From the human T2T-CHM13v2.0 reference genome, Homo sapiens, in assembly GCF_009914755.1 (NCBI RefSeq), contig NC_060928.1: a stretch of 64,000 nucleotides of DNA, one strand, 5' to 3'. A program made the translations under genes and the position numbers. The notes under the pieces are model-generated. The model searched no databases and was not told the origin of the DNA. It saw nothing but the letters and a program-made list of their open reading frames with translations. Below are positions 53,503 through 64,000 of the stretch, in pieces; within the stretch, counting starts at the first letter, position 1; the number at the start of each line of letters is the position of its first letter.

Positions 53503-54901
53503 AATCATAACACCATGGAAGTATTCTGCAATTACTATATTTTAGAGAAGTTAATAGAGTTGGCAATCTTATTCTCTTGCTCCATGTCATATATTCATTC
53601 TGTGTTAGAGAGTGAGACTACGAAATTGTTTTTTCCGTCAGGCACATGTCTTGCACATGACCATCTGAACACTATTAGCTGTAGTATGATGGTATAAATT
53701 TTGAATCAACATTAGTCAAGTAAAGCTAAGCCAGCTTTCTTCTCCTCTGGTTCTGGTACAATGTTCACATTAGTATAGATAATCACAGGCTATGGGATTT
53801 TTTTCCCACTGTAGACCATCATTTATTAATATGTGCTAGAGTTTCGTCTGAGTAAATATTTTCTAGCAAAAACTAGATAAATTAGAAGCTATTACTAAAA
53901 TCCACATATTTTGACTCTGTTTTTTAATCTGTATAAGTTGAACCTAAAAAACTATCAGTTATGTAGAATAAGGAATATTTTGTTTTCTTGAACACCTTTT
54001 TAAAGACTTTCGAGTTTGTTCCATTTTACCTGATTGATCATTAGGGATATCACTTCTAACTCACTGACAGGTGTTACAACACAACAGGCAGAAAACCCAC
54101 AGCATATTATAATCAGTTATTCTGAAATGATCCTAATGTTTTATCAACACAAATCAGCTGTTTAAATTCATGTTTTAACAGCATCTGTTGCCAGTAAGTG
54201 TAATACCTGATTGTCAGATCAGGATTTCTAAATCCTTTCATTCAGGAAACACTAGAAGGATAGTTTAGTTAAACCTTGTGCCAAGTAAATCCTTATCCAG
54301 ATTTCATTTGGGAAGGTTATCATCTTTCTTCTCTTTGTCGACTTGCCTCTGCATTACAAGAAGTAGTAGCACATTGTGGTCACTTTCAGTCAGAGAAGGA
54401 TATTATAAGTAAACATGGAGAAGTAAATAATATCACACATCCTGGAAATGTATATTACTGCTCAAAAATTAGTAGTTTTCCCAGGTGTCCAAGAATAGCT
54501 GTAGTGAAAAAGTTGATTTGTTCAAGAACTTGACAATTAAAGATGCATGACTGTGCCTACCCATTCTCCTATCTAGTCATGCATCTGTTGGTTTCTGCAC
54601 AGCTCCTGAACACTGATTCTCTCCAGGTCTCACAATCATTTCCCCAAAAGAGAGGATTAGATTAGTTCAGAGGGATTCCCACAGTTGGGCAGCCCTCCCA
54701 TGTTAAGCTATGTTATAATCTCTGCCAGTCCAGAGTTGGTTACATTTGGCTATTTGTGGACATAAATTCACATATGCTTCAAACAACCACTTGTCAGGAA
54801 AGGAGGGTCACATAGTCAGATTTCCTCAAAAAGGTATATGAGAGTTGTAGGTACCATGAACCTAATAAATTCCCTGCCGATACGTCTGCGTGTGGAAACT
54901 C

Positions 54902-55400
54902 TGTCAGGAACTGTAAAATATCTGAGATCTGAACTTACTTGGAACTAACACATTAGCCTGCCACAGTATCTTGAATGCCAGTCCAGCAGAAGACACGACA
55001 CTTCTGGATAAGAGACAATAGGCAATTTATTACTCACACAGTAATTTATTATTCATAACAGTAGCCAGAGCATGTTCATTTTGTACCAGCTTATCAGGCC
55101 ACAGTACTCACAGGATAACAGGAAGAAGAGGATGTGATACCTACAACAGAAGAATCCCAAGTTTAGCAGATGCAACTCTTTTAAAATTGACAGTAAGCCT
55201 TCTTGAACTTTTCCTCAAAGGAAGACATTATCTTTATTATACTGTACAGTAAACAAACCTGAACTTTGCTCCAGGGGGAGATAGCATCTCTTCCAAAGTT
55301 GTTCACTCGCAAAAATTTTTGAAAGATAGTTTTGGAAAAAAGGCAGCTAGTACCTTTGCTTGTAAAATGTGCAGAAATATGTGAGAGTTGTCTCCCAAAA
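54902..55400 (-). mobile_element. ERV1 solo LTR, MER89/MER90-like
   Basis: tgtcaggaactgtaaaatatctgagat...ttagcctgccacagt...gcagaagacacgacac...agagacaa...tttattactcac (minus-strand aataaa). Confidence 0.6.
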
Positions 55401-56010
55401 GACCTCAGCTCAAAGATGTTAGATATAGTTTATTTGAAGAGGTATAACTAAACACAAATAATATTATAAAGATGCAATATTTAAATTGCAACTGAAAATG
55501 GAAAACATCGAGTATAAACTGCTCTTGCCATCACTCACAGCCACTGAGGGTTCCATCCGTACCCTCTCCCAGTTCCAAGGCATCTACCAGATGCTGCCTG
55601 AGCTCATTGCTGCTTCTGTTTAGTGACCTTATCACAAATCACTGAGAAAACTGACAGCTCGTTCTTCGAATGCCCAGGGTCTGCATAAAGATAAAGCATT
55701 TCCTGTCCATCTCAGCACCATCAATTTCTCCATCTTTTACTCCCTGAAATAAAAGAGATAAGAACAAAAACTCTATTGCTTTCAAGAACAGAGAAATCAC
55801 TAAATCACTATAAAATGCCTCCGTCCTAAGTATCACATAGGATTCCCCTCTAAGGAAATTCCATTTTCATGGTTAGAAAATATACCAAGGAAAAAAACTA
55901 AATGAATTACCAGCAAGTAGCAAGATTTCACCAGGATGTTTTGTTTTGCTTTGATTTTACCTGCAAAGACATATGTGTCATAGATTTCTGATTACAAAAC
56001 AATCAATTGA

Positions 56011-56520
56011 TTATGGCAGAGAATATAGGCCTATCCAATATCTATTTTTCTCTTCTTCCATTGTAATGATATCAGACTTATTCAAACCATTAATACAACC
56101 GGCCACGAGAATACATTATGCAGCTTTTCTAAGAGCTATGCATGGCCATGAGACCAGGATGTGCCAAAATGATATAAGCAGACGTGTTAGAGGGAACTTG
56201 AAGGAGACTCCATGAGGAACCTGACTCTGTACAGAAATGTGCTTTGTATGTCTTTTCTCCCTGCTTCATTACTACTGCCTGAAATGTAGATGTGGTGGTT
56301 GGAGCTTTAGCAATCCCTCCTAAGGACTGTGGAGCAGGTAGAAGTAACCTGGGCCCTGCTGACGTGTTAGAACCATTGTAACAGCCTCATCTCTGTATCT
56401 CCAAATTTCTGTCATAGGAGATAAACAATTTCAAAACACTCACTATACTTTTTGCTTATTTGCTTGTTTGTTTTTGAAAGGGGGTATATTTTATTCTTTG
56501 CAACCTCAAATAATCGCAAA
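56011..56520 (+). mobile_element. MLT1J-like MaLR LTR
   Basis: ctcttcttccattgtaat, atggccatgagacc...aatgatataagcaga, ctgcctgaaatgtagatgtggtggttggagct, aacctgggccctg. Confidence 0.65.
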
Positions 56521-57109
56521 CTATGTAATAATCCTTACAGAATATTTGGAATTCATTAAAAATACAAAGAAAAGCAATATTACCTTATATTATTGTTTTA
56601 GCAGCAAAATTTATCCAGATTATCAGTATGTTACAAATAAATGAATCTAAAACATAAAAGGATGGTTGAAACTTTAATCTTTTTATGTTAAAATGAATAA
56701 TTATATTTAGAATATTATCTTTAATGTTTATTTTTAGCTTACTTTTCAAAAACACCACATTCTTGGCTTGTAGGAATTAAGAATATGATTCCTACCTTTC
56801 ATGACTTCAGCAAGGCCCATGGGTTGAAAATAATGCCACTTGAGATTTTCAGAGGGCCTGGTATGTCTAACGCCTTTCATTTATGTGTATTTTTTAATGA
56901 ATATAATGCAGGCATATGACAAATTCAAATAATAAAAAGGATATAAAATGAAGAGAAAATGCCTCCCTTAAACCAATCCCTCCCCTTCCTATCAAATTTT
57001 AGATGGTAAACATGTAAGCAATCTTTATTGTTCCTAAAAATCATATGTCTTCAAAATGTGTACATATACACAATGAGCACCAGTTTTATGTGTTTTTAAA
57101 TCCCAGGAA

Positions 57110-57345
57110 TTCATCAGTGAAAACGGGAAATACTCTAGCCTCTTGCAACTTTCTGGAAATTGTCTTTATATGGAACAGAAGAAACACAAAAGCAAGTAAA
57201 TATACAATAGGATATCAAATGGTGTGGTACTTACTGGAAGAAAAAGAAAACAAAGTATGGTGGTAGACTGTGACTTCATTGGGGAGGTTGGGGTTTGTAG
57301 TACACAGTAGTCAGGGACAGTTTGTCTGAGGAAGTGAAATACTAG
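57110..57345 (-). mobile_element. L2 fragment
   Basis: aagcaagtaaatata...gaagaaaaagaaaacaaag...gtagtcagggacagtttgtctgaggaagtga. Confidence 0.5.
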
Positions 57346-57813
57346 AAAGTATATGAAAAACACAGTCGAAAATGTCCCTGTCTGACAGCTCTGAAGAGAG
57401 TAGTGGTTCTCCCAGCAGGGCGTTTGAGCTCTGAGAACAGACAGACTGCCTCCTCAAGTGGGTCTCTGACCCCCGTGTCACCTGAGAGACACCTCCCAGT
57501 AGGGGCCAACAGACACCTCATACAGGCATGTGCCCCTCTGTGACGAACCTTCCAGGGGAAGGATCAGGCAGCAATATTTGCTGTTTGGCAAAATTTGCTG
57601 TTCTGCAGCCTCTGCTGGTGTTACCCAGGCAAACAGATTCTGGAGTAAACTCCAGCAAACTCCAACAGACCTGCAGCTGAGGGACCTGACTGTTAGAAGA
57701 AAAACTAACAAACAGAAAGGAATAGCATCAACGTCAGCAAAAGGGCCATCCACACTAAAACCCCATTTGTAGGTCACCAACATCAAAAACCAAAGGTAGA
57801 TAAAAACATAAAG

Positions 57814-58839
57814 ATGGGGAGAAACCAGAGCTGAAAAGCTGAAAATTCTAAAAACCAGACAGCCTCTTCTCCTCCAAAGGATTGCAGCTCCTCACCAGCA
57901 ATGGAACAAAGCTGGACAGAGAATGACTTTGACAAGTTGACAGAAGTAGTCTTCAGAAGGTTGGTAATAACAAACTTCTCCAAACTAAAGGAGTATGTTC
58001 TAACCCATTGAAAGGAAGCTAAAAACCTTGAAAAAAGGTTAGACGAATGGCTAACTAGAATAAACAGTGTAGAGAAGTCCTTAAATGACCTGATGGAGCT
58101 GAAAACCATGGCACGAGAACTTGATGCATGCACAAGCTTCAATAGCCGATTCGATCAAGTGAAAGCAAGGATATCAGTGATTGAAGACCAAATTAATAAA
58201 ATAAAGCAAGAAGACAAGCTTAGAGAAAAAAACAGTAAAACAAAATGAACAAAGCTTCCAAGAAATATGGGACTATGTGAAAATACCAAATCTACATTTG
58301 ATTGGTGTACCTGAAAGTGACGGGGAGAATGGAACCAAGCTGGAAAACACTCTTCAGGATATTATCCAGGAGAACTTCCCCAACCCAGCAAGGCAAGCCA
58401 ACATTCAAATTCAGGAAATACAGAGAACACCACAAAGATACTCCTTGAGAAGAGCAATCCCAGAACACAAAATTGTCAGATTCATCAGAGTTGAAATGAA
58501 GGAAAAAATGTCAAGGGCAGCCAAAGACTAAGGTCAGATTACCCACAAAAGGAAGCCCATAAGGCTAACAGTGGATCTCTCAAAAGAAACCCTACAAGCC
58601 AGAAGAGAGTCGGGGGGCCAATGTTCAACAGTCTTAAAGAAAAGAATTTTTAACCCAGAATTTCATATCCAGCCAAATTAAGCTTCGTAAGTGAAGGAAA
58701 AATAAAATCCTTTATAGACAAGCAAATGCTGAGAGATTTTGTCACCACCAGGCCTGCCTTACAAGAGCTCCTGAAGGAAGCACTAAACATGGAAAGGAAT
58801 AGCCAGTACCAGCCACTGTAAAAACATGACAAATTGTAA
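57814..58839 (+). pseudogene. Disrupted L1 ORF1p (RNA chaperone)
   Basis: atggggagaaaccag start, early tga, remnant PNLHLIGVPESDGENGTKLENTLQDIIQENFPN; frameshifts and stops. Confidence 0.9.
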
Positions 58840-58902
58840 AGACCACCAATGCTATGAAGAAACTGCATCAATTAGTGGGCAAAATAAACAGCTAAAATCA
58901 TA

Positions 58903-63061
<4,159 letters not shown>

Positions 63062-63469
63062 ACAATGAGGACACTTGGACACAGGGAGGGGAACATCACA
63101 CACTGGGGCCTGTTGGAGGATAGGGTCCTGGGGGAGGGATAGCATTAGGAGAAATACATCATGTAAATGATGAGTTGATGGGTGCAGCAAACCAACATGG
63201 CACATGTATACCTATGTAACAAACCTGCACATTGTGCACATGTACCCTAGAACTTAAAGTATAATAAATACATATATACACACACATACACACAAAAGAA
63301 AAACATGATCAAGTTTGATATGTAGTTATATCAACTGTATTTTTCATAATTCCTTATATCTTGAAGATATTCCCATTTGCCTTGCATGCATATTTCAAAC
63401 ACATCCCAGATTATCATGTCATAGGGTGAGGCCAAATGCTTCAGCCATTTCTGGAATTTAGCGAGTCTT

Positions 63470-63610
63470 ATGTGATATAAGATTAGAAAAACATTTATAT
63501 CATCTACTCTAATTTCCTTATTTTAAGAATGAAGATACTGAAACATAGATATGCTCCGTGACTTTGCTGAGATGGTACAGTTGGAATATGTAGGATGGCT
63601 TTCAACTATG
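63470..63610 (-). mobile_element. MIR fragment
   Basis: atctactctaatttccttattttaagaatgaagatactgaaacataga...gtgacttt. Confidence 0.45.
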
Positions 63611-64000
63611 TGCATTGGAATAACTTCAGACATTATTAGCACATTTCAAAACTAAAAATTTAATCTAAAATACCTTGACTCCAAAATATTATACTCCTTA
63701 TTAAAGTAATTAAATAATGCCATTGATCATCACTTGTGGTAGCTATTCAGTGCAACTTTGGCCATTATCTCTAGTCCAGTGTCAATGTGTTTGATAACTA
63801 AATTATGAAATTAATTGTCAAGCTTCACAAAGAATAGTCCCATCAATGAGTAGGATCAAAAAATTCTATTAACAATGTTACATTGTTGAAAATATTTATA
63901 TGTTTGTATTATATATGTGCATATACATATTTGTGTGTCTGAATGTGTATATATAAACATATATGTATATTTACAATAGTCAACTCAATTTAAAAATATT

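Overview
AT-rich, CpG-depleted primate genomic DNA, most likely human or great ape given an L1PA2 copy and several AluY copies. It is non-coding (intergenic or deep intronic) and dominated by retroelements. There are three large + strand LINE-1 bodies (L1MA2/3-like 667-10280, L1PB3-like 25551-32752, L1PA6 57370-63297), a 5'-truncated antisense L1PA6, a twin-primed L1PA2 and seven Alus. Also present are many solo LTRs (MLT2A, LTR22, LTR47B, THE1B, MSTB, LTR16B/C, MLT1, MER89/90-like), DNA transposons (MADE1 x2, MER2, MER33, MER103C, Ricksha) and old L2/MIR/L3 relics. Every protein-like ORF in the track is a broken L1 ORF1/ORF2 piece or a by-product of repeat sequence; I see no host gene, RNA gene or CRISPR array. 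I found no convincing new biological system. The most interesting signals are local rearrangement scars: an inverted copy of an L1's own 3' end inside itself, a 27-bp apparent templated insertion copied from 2.8 kb away, two opposite-facing L1PA6 copies sharing apparently non-consensus variants, and several deletions that fuse nested elements. Subfamily names come from my recall of consensus sequences, not from a database search.
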